Part shown: positions 35,440-44,677 of the stretch, in pieces
Position numbering within the stretch: the stretch's first letter is position 1
Layout of the letters: every line of letters begins with the position of its first letter
Assembly: GCA_963719505.1 (NCBI GenBank)
Contig: CAVRCF010000005.1
Coordinates: 352,001-416,000, forward strand
DNA length: 64,000 bases
Reading direction: 5' to 3'
Source: Halobacteriovoraceae bacterium
Lineage (GTDB): Bacteria; Bdellovibrionota; Bacteriovoracia; Bacteriovoracales; Bacteriovoracaceae
Notes under the pieces: generated by a model
Databases searched by the model: none
What the model was told of the DNA's origin: nothing
The model's input: the letters and a program-made list of their open reading frames with translations, nothing else
Translations under genes and position numbers: made by a program

Positions 35440-36924
35440 TTATTTAATATCGATTTCTTTAGTAATTACTTCACCATTTGTCATCGTTACGATAGCCGTT
35501 CCTACAACTTGGGTGTTATTTAATCTTGTTCTCAATGATAATCTATAATTATTATTTGAGTTGGAAATAGTTTGTTCTTTGAAAATATTTCTATCAAAGA
35601 TATATTTTACACTCTCAATATCTACCAGCTCATTTGAAGCCATCACTTCAAGTGTAATATTTCTTTTGTTTCTGTCGATTTTAAGCTCAGCAGAAGTGTC
35701 TTTATAGACTTGACTCTCAACTGTTCCTAGAACCAATCTTTCAAGATCATCCTTCTTAATAAGCGCATCGTAGTGAGTTCTCACTAACGCTCTAAGGTCT
35801 CCTAAAAGGAGTCTTCCAGAGCCAATAACTTTAGATAAGGTATTTTGGCCAACATCAAACTGCTCAATATCACCAGTAACGATATTTCTTGTTGTTTGGT
35901 AAAGCGCATAGTCTTCTTTAAAGATTCCAATAAAATTCTCAAGACTTGAATAGCTGGTCTTAACTGAGTTTCTTACGTTTGTTTCAGTCAGTTCTCTTCT
36001 TAGCTTAGACTCCGTTATTTGAGAGCTTGAAAACCTCACTCTTGATCCATAACCAAAACCAATTCCAGAGAATGAAAGAATTGACCACTGAACTGATCTT
36101 CTATTTGAAAAAGAGGCTCTAACAACCCAGTCTGCTGCCTTAATTTCATTTGATCTATTTACAGCGACATTCTCCATTTGCTCAAAATCCATTCCAATAT
36201 TTGAGTAATCTAAAAAATCCCCAACTGGCTGAAGTGTAATTGGCAAACTGTCGAAATCTCTACCAATTAAAGTATTAAGAGATTTTCTAGCCGTTATAAA
36301 GAAAGATTTATATTTTAGGTAAGCATCCTTAATCGTTAAGTAACTAAGTTCTGCATTATTAATATCCGCCTGAGTGGCAAGTCCAAACTCTACTTCTTCT
36401 CTTTTTGCTTCCAAATTAGACTTTAAAAGTTCTAATTCAATTTTTGCAAGCTTAAGCAGGGCTTCTTGTTTTAAGAAGCTATAATAAATAAGAGCTGATT
36501 GGTTTTTGATATTGGCTTTAACAACTTCAACTATGTAGGCCTGAGATGTTCTTAAATGCTTTTGTCTTTGTACAGCAAAGATCTTCGACGGAAGAGATGT
36601 AATAAGCTCTGCGAGGATTAAGTAACTAAAAGCTGATGTAAAGTACATCGCCGTCACGGTACCTACTCCATAAGGAAAATAAGCAGCACGAGCTTGTGAA
36701 ATTTGTTTTTGCGCCTGAAACAACCTTTCATAGGCAATTGCAACATCAACATTTTCATTGATAACAAGTTTTTTAAACTGTTCAAGATCAATTGCATTCT
36801 CTCTATATTCAAAGACAGATTCAGCGTCTTGAACAAGATGACTTACATTATAACGGGCAGCAAACGCTGACTGAGTCGTTATGAGTAGTGCAAGTAATAA
36901 TGATTTTAAAAATACAAACTTCAT
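35440..36924 (-). CDS. Atypical TolC/OEP-like protein with C-terminal extension
   Basis: Signal peptide; VINENVDVAIAYE..QARAAYFP, FGLATQAD, AVNRSNEIKAA helical OEP repeats. Confidence 0.65.
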   Translation of the reverse strand: MKFVFLKSLLLALLITTQSAFAARYNVSHLVQDAESVFEYRENAIDLEQFKKLVINENVDVAIAYERLFQAQKQISQARAAYFPYGVGTVTAMYFTSAFSYLILAELITSLPSKIFAVQRQKHLRTSQAYIVEVVKANIKNQSALIYYSFLKQEALLKLAKIELELLKSNLEAKREEVEFGLATQADINNAELSYLTIKDAYLKYKSFFITARKSLNTLIGRDFDSLPITLQPVGDFLDYSNIGMDFEQMENVAVNRSNEIKAADWVVRASFSNRRSVQWSILSFSGIGFGYGSRVRFSSSQITESKLRRELTETNVRNSVKTSYSSLENFIGIFKEDYALYQTTRNIVTGDIEQFDVGQNTLSKVIGSGRLLLGDLRALVRTHYDALIKKDDLERLVLGTVESQVYKDTSAELKIDRNKRNITLEVMASNELVDIESVKYIFDRNIFKEQTISNSNNNYRLSLRTRLNNTQVVGTAIVTMTNGEVITKEIDIK

Positions 36925-36942
36925 ATTATTCCTTACTTACTT

Positions 36943-38367
36943 TTATTGACCGATAACAACAGTTTTTAGAATTTCAATACCATTGATGAGCATAATTCTT
37001 ACGTTCATCGTTTTCTCAACATCGTGTCTCTCTTTATAGACAAAAGAGAAGTTAGAATCTCTATTTTTGATAAGGTAAGGCGCATCACCTTCAATCGTGT
37101 ATTCAATAGCATAAATTTGAGATTTTAAATGTTTTTCAACATTAAAAGCTATTGCTTTTTTGTCGTATCTTCTTCTAGAAGTTAATAATTTATAGCTAAA
37201 TGTTCCTGCTTCAACAGCTTCAACATCCACAGCGTCCAAAGTCGTCTCAATTGAGATAAGCCTTTGGATTGAAGCGATGATGATTCTTTTTTCAGCATAG
37301 AGATTCTCTAATTTGATCTCTTCAGATAAAAGCGCTGTTTGTCTGTTTACAAGCTCACCGTCTGTCACAACACCAGATTGATTGAGACGCTCGTTGAATA
37401 AAGACTCTTCGGCCATGATAGCGCCAATTCTCATCTGGTTATCTATTCTTTGATTAATAATATCTAGATCCATATAAGCCGTAGATATTTGATTTCTAAT
37501 TTGATTTTCAGTCTGCTCCATACGAAGCTTGATAACTCTCGCCTTAGATTTTTCAATCGCCAAAGCAGAAGGATAGCCAAAACCAATTCCATCAAAGCTT
37601 ATAAATGACCATCTTGCAGCTTTTGTCATATCGAGAGCCGCTTTATAAAGATAAAAATTTGTCATATTTTCTGAAGCGTTATTAATAGCAATCGTTTGAG
37701 CTTCTTCAACTGTCGCCGGAATATTTTCAGCAATGACAGGAAGTCTCTCAAGGGTTAACTCTTCACTAGGGTCACGATTAAGGGCAATCATGATGGATTC
37801 TTTAAGTTTTAAGTTAAAAGATTCAATAAGGAGGATATCTTGCTGAATTCTTGCCACTCTTCTTACTGCTGTTTGGTATTCACCTTCATCGCCTTCACCT
37901 AATATAATAAGTTCACCTAGCGAATCTCTATAAGATTTTTCAATCCTATGTTGGCTCTCTAAAATAGCAATTGTAGTTTGGTTCTTTTTTATTTGGATAT
38001 AGTTCTTTGTCAGACCATCTAAAATATTAAGTCTAATTGTTACCGTATTATATTTTTCAGCTACAGCAAGATCTTTACTGGCTTGATATCTATACCAGTT
38101 TGAAGGAGTCGGAACCACACCCTGAAGAATACCGTAAGTTGTATTGAAGAAGAATAAATTAAAGCTTAACCGAGGAAGAAAGTCTCCTAGAGCAACGCCT
38201 ATATTTTTTTGTGCCTGATAATACTTTTCATATTGAATTTTAACTTCAATATTCTCTGACAAAACTTCTTGCTTAATTTGTTCTAAATTAAGAGTCTCAG
38301 CAAAAACGCTAAGAGAAGATGTAGCTAGAGCAAGTGTTAGACCGGCTTTTACTATTAAATGCTTCAT
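36943..38367 (-). CDS. Atypical TolC/OEP-like protein with C-terminal extension
   Basis: Signal peptide from ATG 38367 (GGGAG RBS); LNLEQIKQEVLSEN..ALGDFLPRL; paralogous to the downstream gene. Confidence 0.68.
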   Translation of the reverse strand: MKHLIVKAGLTLALATSSLSVFAETLNLEQIKQEVLSENIEVKIQYEKYYQAQKNIGVALGDFLPRLSFNLFFFNTTYGILQGVVPTPSNWYRYQASKDLAVAEKYNTVTIRLNILDGLTKNYIQIKKNQTTIAILESQHRIEKSYRDSLGELIILGEGDEGEYQTAVRRVARIQQDILLIESFNLKLKESIMIALNRDPSEELTLERLPVIAENIPATVEEAQTIAINNASENMTNFYLYKAALDMTKAARWSFISFDGIGFGYPSALAIEKSKARVIKLRMEQTENQIRNQISTAYMDLDIINQRIDNQMRIGAIMAEESLFNERLNQSGVVTDGELVNRQTALLSEEIKLENLYAEKRIIIASIQRLISIETTLDAVDVEAVEAGTFSYKLLTSRRRYDKKAIAFNVEKHLKSQIYAIEYTIEGDAPYLIKNRDSNFSFVYKERHDVEKTMNVRIMLINGIEILKTVVIGQ

Positions 38368-38543
38368 AGGGCTCCCATTATTCATAATGTGTAACTTTCG
38401 TTCGTTAAATTTGTGATTACCGATATAATGCGTCAGGTATGTATAATAAGATACCCTTAACACCTGATCCGGAAAAAATTACACCCCTGGATGCGGGGTG
38501 CGTTATCTTTTAGCTTCTTTTATAATGGACCGAAAGGTTCATT

Positions 38544-40943
38544 ATGAAAAACTTAATTTTGTTGATACTCCTCATCGTTATTACTAGTGCCTGCGAGCAA
38601 GTCACAGAAGAAACTTCAATAGGTGCAAACCCTAGTCAAGATCAAGCTAATGATCAGAACCAGGATCCAAATACTGACCCAGACCCAGAACCTGACCCTG
38701 ACCCTGACCCCGTACCAGAAACAAGTCTTTATAAGGCCATGGGTGTTGGTGGTGGTGGGGCCATGAGTGGCTTTGCCATCAATCCCTATTCCAAATTAAG
38801 ACTTATCGGTACCGATATGGGGACTCTTTTTAGAAGCGTGGACGATGGATTGTCTTGGCAGCCAATAAACCACAACGAAGCCGTATTTAATTCACATCTG
38901 CCCCATGCGGTAAGCCCAGGATTTAGCTCCGATGGAAACACAGTTTTTCATGCCTCTAGAGGTCTAAATCCAAAAAGAAGTAAGGATAAAGCCCAGACAT
39001 TTGAGAGCATTAATATCCCATTGGGAGATGAGAGAATCATATACTGGCAAAATGATAGTTTTAATGAAAATAGAATTCTGTGTGCAACAACAAATTCTCT
39101 TTATATCTCAAATGACAAAGGCGACTCTTGGATTAAAGCCCCTTCAGTTCAAGGTGAATCTGTAGGGACTTTTATGAGTCACCTACAAACAGACACTCAT
39201 ATCTATCATGGAACTAAAGATGGAATATGGAAATCAATCGATAATGGCCAAACCTTTTCTAAAGTTTATACACCGAGTGGGTTTTCTCTTCGTTCGTTAA
39301 CCGGAGGCGAAGATCTGTCAGGCACAACCATAGCATTTTTAGACGATGACGGGGCAAGTGCTTGTTCATGGGCAGAGCCCTACAGGGATGCCTGGGGTGA
39401 TCAGTCTATAGAAGATACTTATTCAAACTGCGGGTATGTCTGGATTGGCGATTCGCAAATGAACTTCTCAAAGAACTCGCAGGAAGCTGGAAACCATTTA
39501 AAAATGGCCGAAAATGATAGTGACACCATCTACGTGACCGGCGGAAAAGAGTGGATCAAACAATATGGAACCCAAGTCCGGGTCACTCACGACAAGGGAG
39601 TCAACTGGACGTTGAGGCTTAATCAATACGACTGGGATACAGGAGGGGCTTATCTTCCTTGGCCTTCAAACCTACTTGAGTATTCCGCCGTCGCCCTTGA
39701 TATTGGTTGGTATGATGATGGTTATGAGAGCTTTGAAATTAATAAAAGAGACTCAAATCAAGTGGGTGGCTCTGGCTTCTTTTTTCTTCATACCAGCTAC
39801 GATGCAGCAGCAACTTGGAAGGCCCCTTTTACCCAATATAAAGATGTCGGTGCAAAAACTGCTGGCAAAAAATGGCAAACCCGTGGCATTGAAGTTATCT
39901 CAATTTATAGAATGAAAACCCATCCTTCTAATAATAACCTCATCTATGCAGCGACAGCTGACATAGGGGGAATGATATCTGAAGATAAGGGAGAGAGTTT
40001 TAGAATCGCGAAGGTTCAGTATAATTCTAATTACGATTATGCATTTGATAGTCACGATGACCAAGTTGTATATGCTGCATCAGGAAACTCTCACGACTGG
40101 CCCGAAGGCTGGCATGCCGATCCCATCAAGAGTGCTGGAGGAATCTACCGCTCTAATGACAGAGGATCGAATTGGACACGTCTTACCCCAACAGGTGATA
40201 TGAACAGACAGTTTCTTTCAGTGGGATACGATACCATTAATAATTTTATTTACGGAGGCTCTCATCAGACAGGAATAGTGAGAAGTACCGACAACGGATC
40301 CACTTGGGCCTATTTTAATAACGGTTTACCTGCAGGTGATAAGATTATTCCCCAAATTGAAGTAGATCCTTCAAATGGAAACGTTTATGCCCTTGTCACG
40401 GGAAATGGAAACTTTTCAAATCAAGCATCAACAGGAATTTATTTTTTAGATGTGGCCAATAATGCAAATTCTTGGTCTCTTCTTCGTGGAACTGTAAACT
40501 ACCCACCACAAGCTGATCCAGGCTACAAGGTTTGGTACTACCCCACTTCTTTCGCTGTAGACTTTAAAAGTGGTGGTCAAAACCTTTGGTTAGTCGACTA
40601 TGAAAATAATAGAAATTGGCTAATGACGGGGATATGGAAATCCACAGACAGAGGAGTGAGCTGGGATAGAGTTAAGCAGATGACTCATCCAACGACTGTG
40701 ATTGTTGATCCAACGGATTCAGATAAAGTGTATGTTGCCGGTCAGCACACACTTGATGGTTCTTGGGGCAACGGAGGTCATTACAGAACTGAAGATGGTG
40801 GAGTGACTTGGATTAAAAACGAAACCGTCACGCTCCAACAAAATGGAAGAAGTGTTATGTTGGATCCAACCGATCCTTCTAAAATATATCTTGGTTTTTT
40901 TGGCGGCGGTATCTTGTATGGACCTATTGATCCTGAAAACTAA
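38544..40943 (+). CDS. Lipoprotein with Asp-box (BNR) beta-propellers, GH74/xyloglucanase-like
   Basis: Lipobox ITSAC; PD linker; many S.D.G..W boxes; GVGGGG..GTDMG and ATADIGG resemble the two GH74 catalytic-Asp motifs. Confidence 0.7.
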   Translation: MKNLILLILLIVITSACEQVTEETSIGANPSQDQANDQNQDPNTDPDPEPDPDPDPVPETSLYKAMGVGGGGAMSGFAINPYSKLRLIGTDMGTLFRSVDDGLSWQPINHNEAVFNSHLPHAVSPGFSSDGNTVFHASRGLNPKRSKDKAQTFESINIPLGDERIIYWQNDSFNENRILCATTNSLYISNDKGDSWIKAPSVQGESVGTFMSHLQTDTHIYHGTKDGIWKSIDNGQTFSKVYTPSGFSLRSLTGGEDLSGTTIAFLDDDGASACSWAEPYRDAWGDQSIEDTYSNCGYVWIGDSQMNFSKNSQEAGNHLKMAENDSDTIYVTGGKEWIKQYGTQVRVTHDKGVNWTLRLNQYDWDTGGAYLPWPSNLLEYSAVALDIGWYDDGYESFEINKRDSNQVGGSGFFFLHTSYDAAATWKAPFTQYKDVGAKTAGKKWQTRGIEVISIYRMKTHPSNNNLIYAATADIGGMISEDKGESFRIAKVQYNSNYDYAFDSHDDQVVYAASGNSHDWPEGWHADPIKSAGGIYRSNDRGSNWTRLTPTGDMNRQFLSVGYDTINNFIYGGSHQTGIVRSTDNGSTWAYFNNGLPAGDKIIPQIEVDPSNGNVYALVTGNGNFSNQASTGIYFLDVANNANSWSLLRGTVNYPPQADPGYKVWYYPTSFAVDFKSGGQNLWLVDYENNRNWLMTGIWKSTDRGVSWDRVKQMTHPTTVIVDPTDSDKVYVAGQHTLDGSWGNGGHYRTEDGGVTWIKNETVTLQQNGRSVMLDPTDPSKIYLGFFGGGILYGPIDPEN
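38676..38711 (+). repeat. Six imperfect GACCCN hexamers encoding a DP/EP linker
   Basis: gaccca gaccca gaacct gaccct gaccct gacccc. Confidence 0.85.
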
Positions 40944-41978
40944 TTAGAGAGAAATGGGGTCGTAAATTTCTAAAAGGGCGGCCCATGATCCACTAAAATT
41001 CGCCTTATCTCTCAAGAATAAGAAGTCTGGTTTTTGTTCACCAATCCACTGACCACCGACGACTTCACCATCTCTATCAATCTCTAGAAAATAGTCATAA
41101 TTATAATAAAGGTATTCTGCTAAATCAGTGCCAATAACGGGTTCAAATTTTGGCTGAATGGCAGCCTCATAGACGACTTCAGTTTGCACTCTTATCAATT
41201 TTACAGCTTTTCTATCCGAGTCGTCATTCGCGGGTTCTTCTCCAACAATATAGGAATTGAAACTTGTTGCCACGTGATTCCAAACTTCATGACCATGATC
41301 AATATCGGCAATAAATGGTTTTCTTTCTAGACCAATTTTATTGGCCAACACAAGATGAAAAGTCGCAGGATTTATTCCCTGACATTTTCTATGTCTGGGA
41401 TTTGAGCTACTGCAACGAATTCCAGTTTGAACGGCTCTCGATCTGGCAATATTGGCGTAGTAATAAGAAATTAAAGCTTTGAGATCAGAAGAGTAGAAAT
41501 CGAGCTCGATGCCATCTCTGTTTAAAAGCATCTTTCTTTTTGGTTCTCCGTGATTCATCTGAGCCGCAGCGACTCCATGACAAAGACCATGCCAGTAATT
41601 TTCATTCGGGGAGTATCTTGATCTGATATACTTTACTAAATTGTAGTTATAGTCCCCTTGATAGATTGAGAATTTTTCTGCGGGTGACATCGCATCAATA
41701 AGGTGCTGAGGTGTCTTTTTCAATTCTTCTAAAGATCGATAGGCATAGCTGAAAGCTTCGGGATCTGAAGCCGACCATCTTGATGAAATACTTCCAAGAC
41801 TACTGGCCCAGTGACTTCCTGGCCAACCAAGAGTCTTATCTTCAATCTCTCCAGAAAGCGGAAGTGAAACAAAAAGCTTTGAATATTGATTAAGAATCTT
41901 CGAGGGTGAATCTCCACGGGATATCCCTGCAGAAAACGCGCAATTTGAAGCCAAAATAAGGAAGAATAAGATTTTCAT
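40944..41978 (-). CDS. Secreted transglutaminase-elicitor (GP42)-like protein
   Basis: Signal peptide from ATG 41978 (GAGG RBS); WPGSHW, SPAEKF, WHGLCHG, EP, DLKAL, GIRC, INPATFHLVLAN, EVWNH. Confidence 0.7.
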   Translation of the reverse strand: MKILFFLILASNCAFSAGISRGDSPSKILNQYSKLFVSLPLSGEIEDKTLGWPGSHWASSLGSISSRWSASDPEAFSYAYRSLEELKKTPQHLIDAMSPAEKFSIYQGDYNYNLVKYIRSRYSPNENYWHGLCHGVAAAQMNHGEPKRKMLLNRDGIELDFYSSDLKALISYYYANIARSRAVQTGIRCSSSNPRHRKCQGINPATFHLVLANKIGLERKPFIADIDHGHEVWNHVATSFNSYIVGEEPANDDSDRKAVKLIRVQTEVVYEAAIQPKFEPVIGTDLAEYLYYNYDYFLEIDRDGEVVGGQWIGEQKPDFLFLRDKANFSGSWAALLEIYDPISL

Positions 41979-42066
41979 AGCCTCTTTAATCATAAGAGAG
42001 GGCAAATTTAAAGAACAGTTTTGAATCACTGTATAAATTACGCCTATTTTGGTGTATTCTTAATCT

Positions 42067-42600
42067 ATGAAAAAAATTGCCATCAACCTATTCATCGTTA
42101 TCAATCTCATGATGATGGCCCGTGCTCAATTTGATTCCAAGTCTCCCCTTGTTAATTTTATTTATACACCTGTGACTTTTGTTCAAAATTATTTAAGCAT
42201 GTGGCGAGGCTGGGAGATGTTTGCCCCTAATCCACTCAGAACAAATCAATATATCGATGCTAAAATTACTTTTAAAGATGGGGAAAGTCTTATTTGGAAT
42301 TTTCCCAGACCAAGTCAACACTCTCTTTTAGACAGATATATGTGGGGTGAAAGATATAGGAAATATACATCCGATGCTCTTCGGTTGGATTCTAAAAGAT
42401 TTTTATGGAAAGATGCCAGTATTTTTGTGATGAAGAAAGTAAAAGAAAAATACCCTCAAAAACGGCCAATCGAAGTTACGTTGAGAAGACGTTGGATGGA
42501 TATCCCAAACTGGAATAAGGAGTTTATTCCCCACAGAGAAATCCCAAAGAAGGAATATAACGCCTACGAGTACTATACGTTAAAGGTTAAAACGTTATGA
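42067..42600 (+). CDS. SdpA/DUF5819-like membrane-anchored partner of an HTTM protein
   Basis: N-terminal hydrophobic helix; GWEMFAPNP motif; overlaps the HTTM gene start (ATGA). Confidence 0.55.
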   Translation: MKKIAINLFIVINLMMMARAQFDSKSPLVNFIYTPVTFVQNYLSMWRGWEMFAPNPLRTNQYIDAKITFKDGESLIWNFPRPSQHSLLDRYMWGERYRKYTSDALRLDSKRFLWKDASIFVMKKVKEKYPQKRPIEVTLRRRWMDIPNWNKEFIPHREIPKKEYNAYEYYTLKVKTL

Positions 42601-43508
42601 GTATAAAAGATCTCAAGCACATATGGAATAAATTCTTCTTTGAAGAAAAACCAGCAGAGGGAATCGCTATTTTTAGGATTCTTTTGGGAATACTCACGCT
42701 CTTTACATTTTTTCAAGACGTCTTAAGACTTGAAGATTTTTGGGGACCGCAAGCCATCCAAAGCGTAGAGACGGGATTGAAGAATTATTACTTTCCCACT
42801 CTTAATATTTTTCAATACTTTAAAATGAGCTATACTCTTCTTTACTCCCTGATAGCCTTACAATTTATTTCGCTTCTCTTCTTTACCCTCGGATTAAAAA
42901 CGAGGTTTTTTTCTGTCTTAAGTTTCGTTTTACTGGTTTCGTTCCAACAGCGAAATATCAACATGCTAAGTTCTGCCGACCTACTCCTTAGAATTATGTT
43001 TCTCATTATGCTCTTTGCTCCTAGTGCAAATGTGTTAAGCATTGACTCCCTCTTGGCCAGAAAAAAGGGGAAGTCTCTACCAAAGGATGTCGCACCTTGG
43101 GCCCATCGGCTTATACAAATTCAAATCGCGGTGGTCTATATCTCAACGATACTAGCAAAGGCCAAAGGTGAAACTTGGCTCGATGGATCAGCAGTCTACT
43201 ACTCAACAAGGCTGGTTGATCTGACTAGGTTTCCAGTTCCCTTTCTTCTCGATTGGAAATGGTTCCTCATGATAAGCACTTGGCTCACTTTAATAATTGA
43301 ATTTTCACTTGGGACTTTGATTTTCATCAAAGAATTTAAGAAGCCTCTCATTGCGATTGGGATTCTTTTTCATCTAGGAATTGAGTACATGATGACAATT
43401 CCTACTTTTGAAATATTGATGATCATTGGACTTTTGGCGATGTTTGAATTTAAAGACTATAGAACTTTTATAAACTCTATAGAACACAAATATAAAAAAG
43501 AGTCTTAA
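42597..43508 (+). CDS. HTTM-domain membrane protein (vitamin K-dependent gamma-carboxylase/SdpB-like)
   Basis: IFRILLG, LGLKTR, RN....ADLL, LSIDS, QIQIAVVY...AK..G..W.DG, FHLGI. Confidence 0.8.
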   Translation: MSIKDLKHIWNKFFFEEKPAEGIAIFRILLGILTLFTFFQDVLRLEDFWGPQAIQSVETGLKNYYFPTLNIFQYFKMSYTLLYSLIALQFISLLFFTLGLKTRFFSVLSFVLLVSFQQRNINMLSSADLLLRIMFLIMLFAPSANVLSIDSLLARKKGKSLPKDVAPWAHRLIQIQIAVVYISTILAKAKGETWLDGSAVYYSTRLVDLTRFPVPFLLDWKWFLMISTWLTLIIEFSLGTLIFIKEFKKPLIAIGILFHLGIEYMMTIPTFEILMIIGLLAMFEFKDYRTFINSIEHKYKKES

Positions 43509-44572
43509 TTTTTATCGCTCTTTGTGCTTATGAGGTTTGCGATGTCCTCTCCCGCTGTAAAAGCAAAGGTAAAAGCATTTTTGTATAAACCCCAGACCGC
43601 ATAAACGTTCTCATTTACTTGCCCCCAAAATGGTCTTCTCGCTCGTCCCTTATGGCGAATACCTGTCAAAAGATCTGCTTTTTCAAAAGATGGAAGGGTG
43701 AGGCTCTCCCCCATATAATTTTTAAACCTCTCATACATCTCAATCATAGCAGCGGTGTCATCAGAGAAATCAAGTCCCGTTGATCTTGAACTCGAACCAA
43801 TTAAGACATCTCCAGCGGTAGGTCTTACAAGAAGATGGATATCATCAATTCTAAAGCAGTAGTCTTTTTCCAGGTTGATTTGACTGGCATCAAAAAGTGA
43901 CAAGGCAAATGAGAGGTAGGTTCCAGCAACGGGCTTGGCCTTAGCAAGCAAGAGCTTCTTATCCTCAGTCATAGAGTCCATAAAACTCTTTGTCATATAA
44001 CTAGTGCAAAGAATGAGTTCGTCAAATTCTATTCTTTCACTTGATTTAAGCAAAACGGACTTCCCCTCTATTTTTTCAACGAAACCTTCTACTTGTTTAA
44101 AATTTAGCTTTTGATCAAACCATTTAAAAAAGAGTTCAGGAAAAACAAAGTAAGCCTCATTATCGACGCTAAAAAACTTTTGATCTAACTCACGAGAGAA
44201 ATAATCAAAAAGAGACTTCTGTGTATAAACTGAGTATCTACGCTTCCACTTGTCTAGCTTGCTGGTATTAATGGGAGTCGTATGTGTCTCAATGGACTTT
44301 GTAACACCTTCAGGTTGGTGCCGTTGAAAAAATTTCTCGAAGTCTTTGTAACTTTTTAGTATGAGATCTCCCAGATCACTCACCCCTTTTTCAGTGCCTC
44401 TTAAACAATTTGTTGATGTTGTTCTCGTCGAGCAGCGAGGGGCCTTGATGTCATCTGCAATTAAAGTAATATTATTGAATCCCTGGTTATTCAAAGAATA
44501 AACAACGCACTTAGCCGCAATTCCATTACCTACGACAATAATATTTTTTGTATTTTTCACCTTATTCACCAC
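43505..44572 (-). CDS. FAD-dependent oxidoreductase (DAO/glycine oxidase-like)
   Basis: IIVVGNGIAA Rossmann motif; TGIR...RRPFWG, GLYKNAF. Confidence 0.7.
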   Translation of the reverse strand: MVNKVKNTKNIIVVGNGIAAKCVVYSLNNQGFNNITLIADDIKAPRCSTRTTSTNCLRGTEKGVSDLGDLILKSYKDFEKFFQRHQPEGVTKSIETHTTPINTSKLDKWKRRYSVYTQKSLFDYFSRELDQKFFSVDNEAYFVFPELFFKWFDQKLNFKQVEGFVEKIEGKSVLLKSSERIEFDELILCTSYMTKSFMDSMTEDKKLLLAKAKPVAGTYLSFALSLFDASQINLEKDYCFRIDDIHLLVRPTAGDVLIGSSSRSTGLDFSDDTAAMIEMYERFKNYMGESLTLPSFEKADLLTGIRHKGRARRPFWGQVNENVYAVWGLYKNAFTFAFTAGEDIANLISTKSDKN

Positions 44573-44677
44573 TCAAACGACGTCTTGGGTATTTATTTTC
44601 ATTTTAAAATAGCACAATCCTTGTCAATTAACAGAGGTTTCTCTATCGTTTTGTTCTAGATTTTTTAAGGAGAAAAA

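Noticed and set aside
35121-36140. Peptide ADWVVR shared by the secreted protein and the TolC-like protein
   Set aside because: Only 6 aa / 11 nt in unrelated contexts; likely chance.
38676-38711. Hexamer repeat as a CRISPR or contingency locus
   Set aside because: In-frame, degenerate Pro-Asp linker codons with no spacers or cas genes.
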